A DNA stretch of 64,000 nt from the IMG/VR virus record IMGVR_UViG_3300008116_000004. One strand, written 5' to 3'. The position numbers and the translations under genes are program-made. How positions within the stretch are numbered: the first letter of the stretch is position 1; each line of letters opens with the position of its first letter. The stretch is from a virus. Shown piece by piece: positions 9,294-18,854 of the stretch. The notes beneath the pieces were generated by a model, which was not told the DNA's origin, did no database searches, and saw only the letters and a program-made list of their open reading frames with translations.

Positions 9294-9420
9294 TCAATGA
9301 TTTCAATGAGTTAGCGTTTATCCAGTAAATCCTTGAAATCATTGAGTTTTTTTGGATCTGAAATTATCCAATGATTTCAATGAATATGTCACGGATTCGC
9401 TAAGTCCTTGAAAAACAAGG
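9294..9420. repeat. Four alternating-orientation ~15-23 bp repeats (CAATGATTTCAATGA core)
   Basis: 9294-9316 forward, 9333-9345 reverse, 9369-9383 forward, 9398-9420 reverse degenerate (revcomp CCTTGTTTTTCAAGGACTTAGCG vs TCAATGATTTCAATGAGTTAGCG). Confidence 0.8.
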
Positions 9421-9491
9421 CGTTTTTTTAGGAAAAAAACAGTTGACTTATTTACTAAAATATACGAATATTAATTATAAGGAGAAATGAG

Positions 9492-9584
9492 ATGAACGCA
9501 ATTTTAGCCTATCTTCCCTGGATATCATTAGGATTTGGTATACTTGCTATTACTGCAATTTATGAGTATCTTACAGAAAAATAA
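9492..9584 (+). CDS. 30-aa single-TM peptide
   Basis: MNAILAYLPWISLGFGILAITAIYEYLTEK; AAGGAGA SD; stop overlaps the next promoter -35. Confidence 0.55.
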   Translation: MNAILAYLPWISLGFGILAITAIYEYLTEK

Positions 9585-9644
9585 GTTGCATTAATTTCCT
9601 AAAACCGCTACATTAATAATATGATGAATGAGAGGAAAGAAAAG

Positions 9645-9902
9645 ATGTCGACTTTTGAAAATGTTCGTGAATGGGAAATGCAATGCTACGGTATGCTTTC
9701 ATCAGATATTGAAAAGAATATCTTGAATTCACCGATGGCAAAATTGATGTCGATGGAAATGATTGCAATGTCGATGCTTTCAGATGCTCAGGAATTGCTT
9801 GAGCGTAATCAGAATAACCGTGCTCGTCAGCATATCAATATTGCAAAATACATTCTTGGCGAGATCATGGACCGTAATTATCGTAAATCAGAGGTTGCTT
9901 AA
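9645..9902 (+). CDS. Early hypothetical protein
   Basis: GAGG SD; MSTFENVREWE; SMLSDAQE..ARQHINIAKY. Confidence 0.65.
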   Translation: MSTFENVREWEMQCYGMLSSDIEKNILNSPMAKLMSMEMIAMSMLSDAQELLERNQNNRARQHINIAKYILGEIMDRNYRKSEVA

Positions 9903-9903
9903 T

Positions 9904-10194
9904 ATGTATCGTGAATCTGAGAAAGAAGTTCATCAATACCTTGATGAGTACTTTGCTACTCATGATGTATGGACTCATGACGATGATCATCTAAGTCGTT
10001 TTCATCGTTCATGGGTTCGTAAAAACTCAGACAAATTTTATATCAACAAGGTATCTGAAATTATGACTGGTCAGCCTATTTACCGTTATGGTAACAAGAC
10101 TGGTACTCAGTATGGTTCTCGTGGTAAACACATTGGTTGGGGTGGATCCTATTGGTCTCACACCTGGCAAATTAGAAAGCGTAATGGAGCCTAA
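9904..10194 (+). CDS. Early hypothetical protein
   Basis: GAGGT SD; start revised to MYRESEK. Confidence 0.6.
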   Translation: MYRESEKEVHQYLDEYFATHDVWTHDDDHLSRFHRSWVRKNSDKFYINKVSEIMTGQPIYRYGNKTGTQYGSRGKHIGWGGSYWSHTWQIRKRNGA

Positions 10195-10195
10195 T

Positions 10196-10384
10196 ATGAC
10201 AATACTAGCCCTATCAGAAGACTACTTCCGTATGCAGCAGAACTACATCGACCAATACGTGGTTACGAGCCAGAATAGGAACTATGTTAAGAAGCGTATA
10301 GACCTATTGGTTAAGGATGGCTGGAAACTTAAATCTCAGTCTGTAGATAAAGATGGTTTTATTCGTTCAGTAATGGTGAAGTGA
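10196..10384 (+). CDS. Early hypothetical protein
   Basis: GGAG SD; start revised to MTILALS. Confidence 0.55.
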   Translation: MTILALSEDYFRMQQNYIDQYVVTSQNRNYVKKRIDLLVKDGWKLKSQSVDKDGFIRSVMVK

Positions 10385-10626
10385 TGCTTCAGTTAAATTA
10401 TAAGAGAACGCTTTCCAACGGTAAAGAAGTTGGTGTGTATAATGAAAAGGTATCAGGTGGTATACTAGACTATTACATTGGACCATTTGATACATTAGAA
10501 GAGTGTAAACAGTATTGTGAAGACTATACTGAAGCTACACGTATGGGTTATAACGGACGTGCTAGCTTTGTTTACATAGATGGTAAACATTATGCTGCAT
10601 GCTCACGCTGGTTATCTTGTGATTAG
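10381..10626 (+). CDS. Early hypothetical protein
   Basis: YIGPFDTLEEC motif; tiled ORF. Confidence 0.6.
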   Translation: MMLQLNYKRTLSNGKEVGVYNEKVSGGILDYYIGPFDTLEECKQYCEDYTEATRMGYNGRASFVYIDGKHYAACSRWLSCD

Positions 10627-10634
10627 GAGTTATT

Positions 10635-10832
10635 ATGGTAGACAATATCACTGAGTTAAAAGAGTATCTTTACTTACGTATTGATGCTGCAAAAGTGCTA
10701 GCAGAAGAACCGATGCCTGACTGGTATAATATGCATGATTATTCATCAGGGTTTTATAATGGGCGGAAAATAGCTGCACAAGATAAAATAGATCTTATTC
10801 AAGAAATTCTCGACCGGTTAGAAAAACTCTAA
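10635..10832 (+). CDS. Early hypothetical protein
   Basis: AGGAG SD. Confidence 0.6.
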   Translation: MVDNITELKEYLYLRIDAAKVLAEEPMPDWYNMHDYSSGFYNGRKIAAQDKIDLIQEILDRLEKL

Positions 10833-10843
10833 CCGGTTTTTTA
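10813..10843 (+). terminator. Intrinsic terminator
   Basis: accggttaga-aaaac-tctaaccggt followed by a T-run. Confidence 0.7.
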
Positions 10844-10873
10844 TTATCTAAATAATAAAAAAGGAGATAATTA

Positions 10874-11053
10874 ATGGAAGTTAAAACTAATAAAAATGGT
10901 GATAGAGTTTTTACTTTAACAGCTGCGAAAGAAGCTGCAGGTAATATTATACCTAATCATAAAATTAAAGGTTGGATATTAGAAAGTCTTACAGAAGAAA
11001 ATAACATGGTAACTTTTACTATGAGATTACCGTTTAAATTAATTAAAAAGTAA
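10874..11053 (+). CDS. Hypothetical protein (59 aa)
   Basis: Manual ORF MEVKTNKNGDRVF...; AAGGAGA SD. Confidence 0.55.
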   Translation: MEVKTNKNGDRVFTLTAAKEAAGNIIPNHKIKGWILESLTEENNMVTFTMRLPFKLIKK

Positions 11054-11983
11054 TTATAGAAGCGTTCTTAAAAACGTTTCCCATTCATTCTTTCTTTTAT
11101 CCCATCCGTAGAAATAGTCAAAATACTCTTTTTGAAAATCTAAGTATGGTGTATCACCATCTGCATTGTTTTTAATTGCTTCAATAGCATTATTTAATGT
11201 GTGTGCAAATTGTACTGCATGCATATTTTTATTTTCATTCCACTGATACATCATAGCAAAATTACCACATGTTTCAGGTAATGCACCATAATTTGGACAT
11301 ACTACTAAATTTTTAGCAGACATTGCTTCTATAACTGATATACCAGAAGTTTCTAACCATATACATGGATATGCATATATGTGAGACTTCTTTAATGCTT
11401 TTCTAACTTCTTCATTAGAAACACCACCATGATATGTTATTTTTGGATTACTTCGACAGCGATCAAAAAGTTCTTTATATCTAATGTCTTGATCTTTCCA
11501 ACCATACACACTAAAAGAAGAATAAACGTCTAAATGTATATTGTCATGAATTTTACACAGTTCTTCGAATACTGGTACTAATATTTCTAAACCACGATGA
11601 GGTGTAGTGTGGTAAATAAGATTAACAGTACCATTATATTCTTTTTTACCTACTTCAATAGGTTCAATTGCATTTTTTAAAACAATACATTGACTGTAAG
11701 GTACGTTAGATGCAAGATTATATAACTGCATTTGCCAGTCAGAAACGCAAACTATTTTATCAAATCTTTTAAGCTTTTCTGGATCTTTTAAATGTTCTGA
11801 CTCTGGATCAAAAGGGAGATCATGCAACCAGAGAATACGTTTTTTATCTGGATTAATATCTCTCACACGTGATAAAATAATCTGAAATTTATCGAGTAGA
11901 TCTTTTGGTAGGTCGCGATAGAGGCGCTCTTGCATTAGCTCAGAGCCGCCTCTTGCGTTCTTACTTAATTCATTTCTTTCCAT
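11054..11983 (-). CDS. Glycosyltransferase (GT-B, GT4-like)
   Basis: RGGSE, LWLHD, YHTTPHRGL, ETSGISVIEAMSA, GALPET. Confidence 0.85.
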   Translation of the reverse strand: MERNELSKNARGGSELMQERLYRDLPKDLLDKFQIILSRVRDINPDKKRILWLHDLPFDPESEHLKDPEKLKRFDKIVCVSDWQMQLYNLASNVPYSQCIVLKNAIEPIEVGKKEYNGTVNLIYHTTPHRGLEILVPVFEELCKIHDNIHLDVYSSFSVYGWKDQDIRYKELFDRCRSNPKITYHGGVSNEEVRKALKKSHIYAYPCIWLETSGISVIEAMSAKNLVVCPNYGALPETCGNFAMMYQWNENKNMHAVQFAHTLNNAIEAIKNNADGDTPYLDFQKEYFDYFYGWDKRKNEWETFLRTLL

Positions 11984-12004
11984 AACAAACCTATAATAAA
12001 AGAA

Positions 12005-12364
12005 TCAATCTTGTTTTTTAAATACCGATTTTGGTAACTTCAATTCAACTTTTTCGTCTTGTAATCCAACCAATGTATGAGCAGTGAATGATAAGATGCT
12101 CCATGCTCCAAATCCAACAACTACAGATGCTGCAATCATGTTATCTGAAGTAGGATTCCAATTTAACCATTCTATAAGAACTGGAGAGAACACGATAGCT
12201 GTCATAACACTAAGGCCTGATCTAACAGCAGCATCCCAAACGTTACAAGGTTTATAAAATGCCATGAATGACACTCCGCCGATAAGACCGCCAAGACCAG
12301 TCATAAGTTTAGCCATTAGCGGTGTAGATATTGGATCTGACATCGTTATTCCTATTATTAGCAA
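12005..12364 (-). CDS. Three-TM membrane protein, possible holin
   Basis: Three hydrophobic helices and a charged C-terminus. Confidence 0.45.
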   Translation of the reverse strand: MLIIGITMSDPISTPLMAKLMTGLGGLIGGVSFMAFYKPCNVWDAAVRSGLSVMTAIVFSPVLIEWLNWNPTSDNMIAASVVVGFGAWSILSFTAHTLVGLQDEKVELKLPKSVFKKQD

Positions 12365-12385
12365 TTTAAGAAAATGCTTATAATA

Positions 12386-12658
12386 TTATTTATTAATGCT
12401 AATAATTGAGTCAAATCTAAAAGAACGCCAACCTTCTTTATCTACATCCCATACTGAAATAATATTTTCATTTATTTTTTTATCACGATCTGTTTTCTTT
12501 TCATGAGGTTTAATAAATGCATCCATAAGCGTGCATTTCATATCACGCTCAGAACCATCAGTTTTTGTAAATTTAATATTTACAATACCTGAATGTAGCA
12601 TATTCATAACGTTAGTTTTAGATAGCTCCATCACCGTATCCACCGGCTGTCTCCTCAA
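12386..12658 (-). CDS. WYL/Sm-like SH3-barrel protein (T4-like conserved)
   Basis: FTKTDGSERDMKCTL...VWDVDKEGWRSFR. Confidence 0.75.
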   Translation of the reverse strand: MRRQPVDTVMELSKTNVMNMLHSGIVNIKFTKTDGSERDMKCTLMDAFIKPHEKKTDRDKKINENIISVWDVDKEGWRSFRFDSIISINK

Positions 12659-12869
12659 GATATTCTTTCAATTCTTCATAACCACCAATACGTTTGCCAT
12701 CAATTGTAATGATCGGTACCGTTCTCACTCCTGGAAACATTTCAGTTATTTCTGTGAGACCTACATCCTCACCTACTGAATAGTATTTGTAATTGATACC
12801 TTTACTGTTAAGTAATTCTTTAGCTTTCACACACCAATTACAATTCTGTTTACCATATACCTCAATCAT
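12618..12869 (-). CDS. Glutaredoxin
   Basis: CNWC active site, RTVP, IGGYEEL. Confidence 0.9.
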   Translation of the reverse strand: MIEVYGKQNCNWCVKAKELLNSKGINYKYYSVGEDVGLTEITEMFPGVRTVPIITIDGKRIGGYEELKEYLEETAGGYGDGAI

Positions 12870-13149
12870 TTGACATCCTTATTCCCATATCTTTATCTGA
12901 TCTTTTCCATGGTCCAAAAGCTGCAGGATGATTGCCTTCAACTCTAATAAAAGGTTTATTGGTTTCATTTTTATTAGGGTTAGGAATAGTTACCATTGTC
13001 TTTCTTCCTCTTGCCCATTGCTTAAGCTGAGCAGATAACTTATCAGTATATGTACGATCGCGTCTCATAGCTTTAACTGTTTCTCTAGAAACACTTCCAT
13101 ACTTTCCTTTTGAAACGTATGTCTTTCTTTTACTAGCTGCCATAATCAA
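12862..13149 (-). CDS. Conserved hypothetical basic protein
   Basis: YVSKG, VTIPNPNKNETNKPFIRV. Confidence 0.6.
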   Translation of the reverse strand: MIMAASKRKTYVSKGKYGSVSRETVKAMRRDRTYTDKLSAQLKQWARGRKTMVTIPNPNKNETNKPFIRVEGNHPAAFGPWKRSDKDMGIRMSND

Positions 13150-13370
13150 TCATCCTCTGAAACTTCGGTTATTAATTTTTCTATAACACTCATACAAGCA
13201 ATACACTTAAAGTATACCATACTTGCAGAAGGGTTTCTACCGTTTAAAGCAAAGTTTGTGAGAACTAAGGATCTGTTACCTGAACCGCATTTAGGACAGT
13301 TACCAACCACTACAGGTACATTACTACCTGCCTCAGCACAGACCCTTATTTGTTCATCACTTCTTTGCAT
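13146..13370 (-). CDS. Zinc-ribbon protein
   Basis: CPKC...CIAC. Confidence 0.55.
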   Translation of the reverse strand: MQRSDEQIRVCAEAGSNVPVVVGNCPKCGSGNRSLVLTNFALNGRNPSASMVYFKCIACMSVIEKLITEVSEDD

Positions 13371-13593
13371 TCTTCTTTGTATTCTTTACTTTTGCCTTTG
13401 GAGCAGCTGCTTTTGCTTTTTTAGCTGGTTTTGCTTCAGCCTTGATAGCTTCTGCAATCTTTGTTTCTACTTCCTTAAGTTCTGGTGTAGAAGCAGTTGT
13501 AGTTTTTGCTTCTACCTTTGCGATTGTAGGAGGAGTAACCTGTTCATCATTAGTTAAACCTATACCTAACAATTCTTTAATAAATGTCCACAT
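13357..13593 (-). CDS. Small protein with Lys/Ala-rich histone-like tail
   Basis: AGGAGA SD before MWTFIKE; C-terminal KPAKKAKAAAPKAK. Confidence 0.55.
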   Translation of the reverse strand: MWTFIKELLGIGLTNDEQVTPPTIAKVEAKTTTASTPELKEVETKIAEAIKAEAKPAKKAKAAAPKAKVKNTKKNAKK

Positions 13594-14134
13594 TTTTAGT
13601 CTCCTGTTCATATCCATATTTACAAATAAAATAACTATCAATTATATCAGAAGAAGGATTCCATTGCTTATCTGTTAATGCTAACTTCTTCTTGATATTA
13701 TATCCAGTGTTTTCTTCAAACACGTCTTGTAGAAGTTGCTTGTTAGCGTTTCCTTTACCAGTAGCATACTTCTTTATCACTGTAGGAGGGACTATAGTAT
13801 AATCATAGCACCTTCTAAACAGAAAGTGTTTAAGTAAACCTGCATTCTCGGCTATATTAAACACCCTACCTGTCGATCCCATTGAGTATCCTTCCATGTA
13901 CACTTTGGCATCTTCAGGAATCTTATTAATTGCCCACTTAGCAATATTAAAATATCTTTGCTCGTCACTGTAATGGTCATCATGTAACTCACCTTGTATA
14001 TTATCAAAATCTATACTTAGTTTTTTATTATCCGTTAAATAATAAAATTTGCACTTTGAGAAACCAAAATTTTTAGAATCACAAACACATACACATGGTG
14101 AAGTTAAACTATAATCAATCCCTACTATTATCAT
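13577..14134 (-). CDS. RuvC-like Holliday junction resolvase/nuclease
   Basis: IVGIDYSLTSP, MEGYS, IAENAG, KKYATGKGNANK, DIIDS. Confidence 0.8.
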   Translation of the reverse strand: MIIVGIDYSLTSPCVCVCDSKNFGFSKCKFYYLTDNKKLSIDFDNIQGELHDDHYSDEQRYFNIAKWAINKIPEDAKVYMEGYSMGSTGRVFNIAENAGLLKHFLFRRCYDYTIVPPTVIKKYATGKGNANKQLLQDVFEENTGYNIKKKLALTDKQWNPSSDIIDSYFICKYGYEQETKNVDIY

Positions 14135-14358
14135 TCATCATCTTCATAATCATAATTATAATCGTCTTCGTCTTCTACACCCTCATCTTCTATATAGTTA
14201 GCTGCGACCTCATCAAAAATAAGATCAATATCTAATGCCTGTCTAAGATCTTCTTCACTGTAGGAGAGGCTTTCTAACATTCTATCGTACAAAATTCTAC
14301 GGATATCGGTATTCTGTACAGTGCTGGAGATTATATCAACAATTTGCTCCCAATCCAT
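14131..14358 (-). CDS. Acidic hypothetical protein
   Basis: Tiled ORF with a D/E-rich tail. Confidence 0.55.
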   Translation of the reverse strand: MDWEQIVDIISSTVQNTDIRRILYDRMLESLSYSEEDLRQALDIDLIFDEVAANYIEDEGVEDEDDYNYDYEDDE

Positions 14359-14533
14359 TTCTCTTATCCTTTAGTTGTTCTATGATCGATTTTTTCTGAT
14401 CATCTGTATATATACGCCATTCTTTTATTTGTTTTTTTGTCCTACCGCAGCCTATACAAAACTCTGCGGTAGGATCTAATTTACATATTTTTATGCAAGG
14501 TGTTAGAATAGTTCGCATCCGCCACCCACACAA
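14336..14533 (-). CDS. DUF1289-family Cys protein
   Basis: TPCIKICKLD...CIGCGRT..QI.EW. Confidence 0.8.
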   Translation of the reverse strand: MCGWRMRTILTPCIKICKLDPTAEFCIGCGRTKKQIKEWRIYTDDQKKSIIEQLKDKRNGLGANC

Positions 14534-16716
14534 GCAGCAGATCCAATAGTATCAACATCAATATACTTAACTTCTTTCAATTCATCTTCCCATTTAATAT
14601 CTAGAATAGTCTGTTGGATCTTTTCCCACTTATGGAGTAGATATACATCCTTAAAGCAGTATTCAGCCTTCTTGATATCACCATTAAAGTAATTGGTAGC
14701 AAACTTTTTAAATCTACGAATCCAATCTTTCTTAAGAGTATTCTGATGATTATCTGCAGATAGATCTTCACCCCAGCCGTTTGCAGTCATACATGCAAGC
14801 CAAAGATTGTCAAATGACTTTAATGCTTCAACAATAAGACCAGATGCCATGATTGCCCCTGCACCATATTTTTCAGTAAGCTGGGCTGCATTTAACACCT
14901 GAGTGTTTGGTGCTTGGAAGTAATCCTTATCACCTGTCATTGGTAGAAATGAAATACCAGCAAAATAATCGCGATTTTTATATACATAATCTTCGATCTC
15001 ATCCCAGTTGTCAACAATGACAGTATTAGAAACATTATGACGTATGCCGGGATGAGCGCATCTTTCAATATTTGTTCCAGCATTGACCCAGAACTCCTGT
15101 GCTCTCTTAATCAAATCTAAATGCTTAATACCAATAAGATCATCCTTGAAGATAGAACCTTCTTTAGCAACAACAGGGAAAGAAACTACGTAGTCAGTCT
15201 TACCTGCTGACCATGCAGACTCTTCTACCATGTTAGGATTTATTCTCTTGATAAGCTTTGCAACTTCAGTATCTTTGTTTAACTGAATATTACGGATATA
15301 CATTGGTGCATGATCAGCATGAATACCAGAAGCAGTCATCAATAGGACAGAGGCATTCCCGGAAGGCTTAACACAAGTAGTACGAGCAGCAGGGTTAATC
15401 CCAAGTAATCCAGCCACTTCTCTATTTGTTTCTTTGACAATTTCAGCTCCTTTTTGTAAAATCTTTTCATCAAAAAGTGTCTTTGGGTTATTCATCCAAC
15501 CTGTAACTGATACTCCTAATAGTGCTTCACGATCAAAGATAGCCTTTGATGTAGGTGAGAGGAATTTAAAGTCTGTATAACCTGCTTGTAGCGTACCTAG
15601 GATAGCAGCTGCACGACATGCCTTGTAGAATGTTTCTTCATTATCACATTGACCGCCATTGATCTCAGTTAGGTTACAGCCTTGCCAGCCTGACTTACCC
15701 TCAATCTGAGGATACATTCCGATTTCAACACATGGATTGGTTGTGATATCTTTATCATCAACGAAGAAGAATCCTGGTTCACCAAACTGCTTAATTGATG
15801 TCATAAGAGATGCAAATTGTTCTTTAGTTATTTCGTTGCGAACAATAACAGCACTATTGTTAGAACGACCACGCTGTGGATTATCAATATACCAATTACC
15901 AGTCTTAGCAGATGCCATCTCTTGATCGTCTGCAGAGAAAAGACAGATAGTAGCAGAACGGCGGACCCCGCCAGAGAGAACTGCATCAGCAGCATGCATA
16001 ACAATATCGTAAACATGGATTGGTCTCAGTGTTGTTGATTTTTCGTTAAGAGTGAGTCCGGTTAAAATATATTCAATACGGTCTAGTGAACGACGTAAAG
16101 GTTCTGAACCTGGCGCTTTAAACCCACCAGAGATCTTCGCACCCTTTGGACGAATCATAGAGAGGTCAAATGCTACCTTACGACCTGCATACTCTGGATA
16201 TTTACCACCATTCTCAAAGAATGAAGACATAAGAACGTCTAGTGCAGTTGCCCATCCTTCAATACTATCTTCTACTGTGTGAAGCTTTGGTGCTTTTGTG
16301 CGGTTGACAATCTTAGGTAGTTTACCAACGTGATGTGATTGAACTGAGAAACCAGCACCTGCACCACAAAGAAGAATATAGAATACTTCACCGAAGAACT
16401 CTGGACGATCAGCATATGAAGAAGTACAATTATACATTTTCATCTGATGACGAATGAGCTGTTCACCACCGAACTGCAATGCACGTTGTGCACCAAGAAC
16501 GAGTTTTTGTTTATATGCAGCTGCAGCCTCATCCATAAATGCCATTAACTTAGATGACATTTTATCTGCATAGAAACCAGAATGCATTTTCATAACACGG
16601 TCAACAGCCTCTGACCAAGTTTCGTATCTACCTTCATCTTCTTTAAAACGAGCATACCCCTCGTAGAACTTAGCATCTGAAAGTAATTTTTTAGTATCTT
16701 TATAAGCTGCGACCAT
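14503..16716 (-). CDS. nrdJ: Class II (B12-dependent) ribonucleotide reductase
   Basis: YNC, GGVRRSA, TNPCVEI, CNLTEIN, TTCVKPSG, C-terminal CVGGGC; no adjacent beta subunit. Confidence 0.85.
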   Translation of the reverse strand: MVAAYKDTKKLLSDAKFYEGYARFKEDEGRYETWSEAVDRVMKMHSGFYADKMSSKLMAFMDEAAAAYKQKLVLGAQRALQFGGEQLIRHQMKMYNCTSSYADRPEFFGEVFYILLCGAGAGFSVQSHHVGKLPKIVNRTKAPKLHTVEDSIEGWATALDVLMSSFFENGGKYPEYAGRKVAFDLSMIRPKGAKISGGFKAPGSEPLRRSLDRIEYILTGLTLNEKSTTLRPIHVYDIVMHAADAVLSGGVRRSATICLFSADDQEMASAKTGNWYIDNPQRGRSNNSAVIVRNEITKEQFASLMTSIKQFGEPGFFFVDDKDITTNPCVEIGMYPQIEGKSGWQGCNLTEINGGQCDNEETFYKACRAAAILGTLQAGYTDFKFLSPTSKAIFDREALLGVSVTGWMNNPKTLFDEKILQKGAEIVKETNREVAGLLGINPAARTTCVKPSGNASVLLMTASGIHADHAPMYIRNIQLNKDTEVAKLIKRINPNMVEESAWSAGKTDYVVSFPVVAKEGSIFKDDLIGIKHLDLIKRAQEFWVNAGTNIERCAHPGIRHNVSNTVIVDNWDEIEDYVYKNRDYFAGISFLPMTGDKDYFQAPNTQVLNAAQLTEKYGAGAIMASGLIVEALKSFDNLWLACMTANGWGEDLSADNHQNTLKKDWIRRFKKFATNYFNGDIKKAEYCFKDVYLLHKWEKIQQTILDIKWEDELKEVKYIDVDTIGSAACVGGGCELF

Positions 16717-16717
16717 T

Positions 16718-16882
16718 TTAGACCTCTTTTTGTTCTTCTTTTTTCTTTAAAATAACTCTACCTTCTTCAATAATCCATTCAAGCTTAGTCTCAAGATTCC
16801 AACCAAGCTCGTTAATTAATTCTTCTGGTAATTCTATATACAATTCGTTATCAATATCTTGTTTGATTTCTCTAATATACAT
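16718..16882 (-). CDS. AbrB/MazE-like swapped-hairpin small protein
   Basis: Manual ORF MYIREIKQDIDNELYIELPEELINELGWNLETKLEW... Confidence 0.6.
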   Translation of the reverse strand: MYIREIKQDIDNELYIELPEELINELGWNLETKLEWIIEEGRVILKKKEEQKEV

Positions 16883-16884
16883 GA

Positions 16885-17469
16885 TTAAGCTCTTTTGTAA
16901 AAAGCTGTATTAAATGCAATTGAGATTCTATCTTCACCTGATAGATTTTGTGTTACTTCATGTTCAATCCAGCTAGGAAATATTACAAGCTGACCTACCT
17001 GTGGTGATATATTCCATTTAGAGCAATTTTGCTCATTATACGATTTTAATACATCTCTAGGTGTAAACAAGGGTTGTAGATTAGATGGATGCTTAAGTAC
17101 TAAATCACCTGAATATTCCGGTACCTTGATATAATACACACCTGACATGTAAGAATCTGGGTGAATATGTGGTGCATTATAACTATATTGATGATTAATA
17201 TTAACCCACATACTTTCTATTTTAAGATCTAGTTCATCTTTATAGTTTATATTAATTCGTAAAGCATCTAATCTCGAATTAATTTCCTCAACCAAGAGTT
17301 GCACTTCTGGCATTTCATCTATAAAATCACTTTGCCATCCACCTCTATTAGTATATTTTCTGCCATCGGTTGTTCTTTGCAATTCTTGTGCAAATATTTC
17401 TAAACCAGTATTATCAATTTCTAATGTATCTACACACAGCAGACTAGAAAATATATTATGAAGATACAT
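16885..17469 (-). CDS. 2OG-Fe(II) oxygenase (TIGR02466-like)
   Basis: GGWQS, WVNIN, HIHP, SGVYY, FPSWIEHEV, RISIAFN. Confidence 0.85.
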   Translation of the reverse strand: MYLHNIFSSLLCVDTLEIDNTGLEIFAQELQRTTDGRKYTNRGGWQSDFIDEMPEVQLLVEEINSRLDALRININYKDELDLKIESMWVNINHQYSYNAPHIHPDSYMSGVYYIKVPEYSGDLVLKHPSNLQPLFTPRDVLKSYNEQNCSKWNISPQVGQLVIFPSWIEHEVTQNLSGEDRISIAFNTAFYKRA

Positions 17470-18515
17470 TAGACTTTACTCCACTGTTGTAGTCTCATCT
17501 TTGCAGCAAGACCTGAAAACGTATTAGAATCAATAATAGATTGAATAGCAGGACCAGATAGACCCTGCTTTAAAACCATATCATTTATATCTTTGTATTC
17601 AATAAATTCTGGCCAGATACAGACATTATAGCCTTGATCCACGGCTTTTGAAATCTTCTTAACAATTTCTTTGTTTCGTGGTTCATTATCATATACTACT
17701 ACTATTTTATCTCTATCTGTTATATTATTCAAGTTAATATCAGAGCCTGCCATTGCAATACAATTATCTAAGAAAAGACTATCAATTGGACCTTCAACTA
17801 CGTAGACCTTTTTAGTCTTATCGATAGAATCTAGTCCAAATACCTTTTCTTTTGTCTCGTCTAAGATAATTGTAGAATAACGCATGTTCGTGGTCTTACT
17901 AAGCGATCTACCAGTAAAACCGAAAACATAACCCTTTGAATCAATGAATGGGAAAACTATACGTGGCTCATCAAGTGCTAATGCTTTTTCGCTAAACTTG
18001 CCTGGCAGTATCGAGTTTACCCAGTAGTAGTATGTAGGCGAGTAGTAAATTCGATAATGAGTATTCGGAGGAATTTTTCTCTCTTGTACATAGATTTTTG
18101 CTGGGTGATTAGGTTTTAACTGTGAAATCTTAGATAATTCTTTAAAAGGATCAAAAGAATCTATACGCCTGCTAGAGAATTTCTCGATAGCAGGTACGAA
18201 AAAATTATCTATGTTGTTATTTGCACCACCCGTCTCTTTTAAAACTTCCAACCGGTATTCGGTATGTAAGGTGGTATTCTGAGATTTCATAAAGTTATTT
18301 AAAGTGGTACTAGCACCACAGTTAAAACACTTGAAGTTAATATGACCTTTATGTTCATAGAAATGTCCACGTGTTTTAAAACGATTAGTGGCAGAATCAC
18401 CACATAACGGACATCTAAACTGTGCAATATAAGGTTTAGTTTTCTTTACTTTAAACTGCTGTAATTGCGTTCCAAGTAACGAAGCGTATTTCTGATCAAT
18501 CCACAATATACTCAT
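17469..18515 (-). CDS. DNA primase (T4 gp61-like)
   Basis: FRCPLCGDS and CFNCG zinc finger, VVEGPIDSLF, DNEPRN, KDINDM. Confidence 0.93.
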   Translation of the reverse strand: MSILWIDQKYASLLGTQLQQFKVKKTKPYIAQFRCPLCGDSATNRFKTRGHFYEHKGHINFKCFNCGASTTLNNFMKSQNTTLHTEYRLEVLKETGGANNNIDNFFVPAIEKFSSRRIDSFDPFKELSKISQLKPNHPAKIYVQERKIPPNTHYRIYYSPTYYYWVNSILPGKFSEKALALDEPRIVFPFIDSKGYVFGFTGRSLSKTTNMRYSTIILDETKEKVFGLDSIDKTKKVYVVEGPIDSLFLDNCIAMAGSDINLNNITDRDKIVVVYDNEPRNKEIVKKISKAVDQGYNVCIWPEFIEYKDINDMVLKQGLSGPAIQSIIDSNTFSGLAAKMRLQQWSKV

Positions 18516-18575
18516 TATTACTATTCCTTTGATGGGACAGTAGTATTATAGAGTAACTATAGAGAAATGCAACTG

Positions 18576-18854
18576 TTATTTTTGTTCGTTGACAGTTTTT
18601 TCTGCATCATCGTAAAACTGCTTAACTGCATCAAGTTTTTGTTTGCAGGTTACATTATTCTTTTGCAGTTTTAGGATAAGAGCTCCAACTTGTTTATTAG
18701 TCAAAGTATCAGCTTTAGGAAACTTAGTTTCTACCGGGCATGTATACATATCATCTGGTGCTTTAACAATTTTATATTCTGGTGCTAGTAATTGTACAGC
18801 TGTCTGTGAACATCCGGTTAATAATAATGGAAATAATAAAATTAATCTTTTCAT
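18576..18854 (-). CDS. Lipoprotein, probable o-spanin
   Basis: Lipobox LLTGC; downstream of a TM coiled-coil gene. Confidence 0.6.
   Translation of the reverse strand: MKRLILLFPLLLTGCSQTAVQLLAPEYKIVKAPDDMYTCPVETKFPKADTLTNKQVGALILKLQKNNVTCKQKLDAVKQFYDDAEKTVNEQK

Larger units (their letters stand above)
8790..9620. promoter_or_regulatory. Divergent cluster of five early sigma70-like promoters
   Basis: Repeated AGTTG(C/A)(A/C)-N17-(-10) cassettes near 8810, 9080 and 9280 (minus) and 9442 and 9586 (plus), each followed by a purine-rich SD-containing leader. Confidence 0.7.

Noticed and set aside
9294-9420. Repeats as a mini-CRISPR array
   Set aside because: Copies alternate in orientation, are degenerate and are irregularly spaced.
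15737-16282. Several short ORFs inside nrdJ
   Set aside because: Shadow frames; nrdJ is continuous, with no sign of an intron or intein.
16718-16882. AbrB/MazE-like gene as a toxin-antitoxin module
   Set aside because: No adjacent toxin gene; neighbours are nrdJ and an oxygenase.
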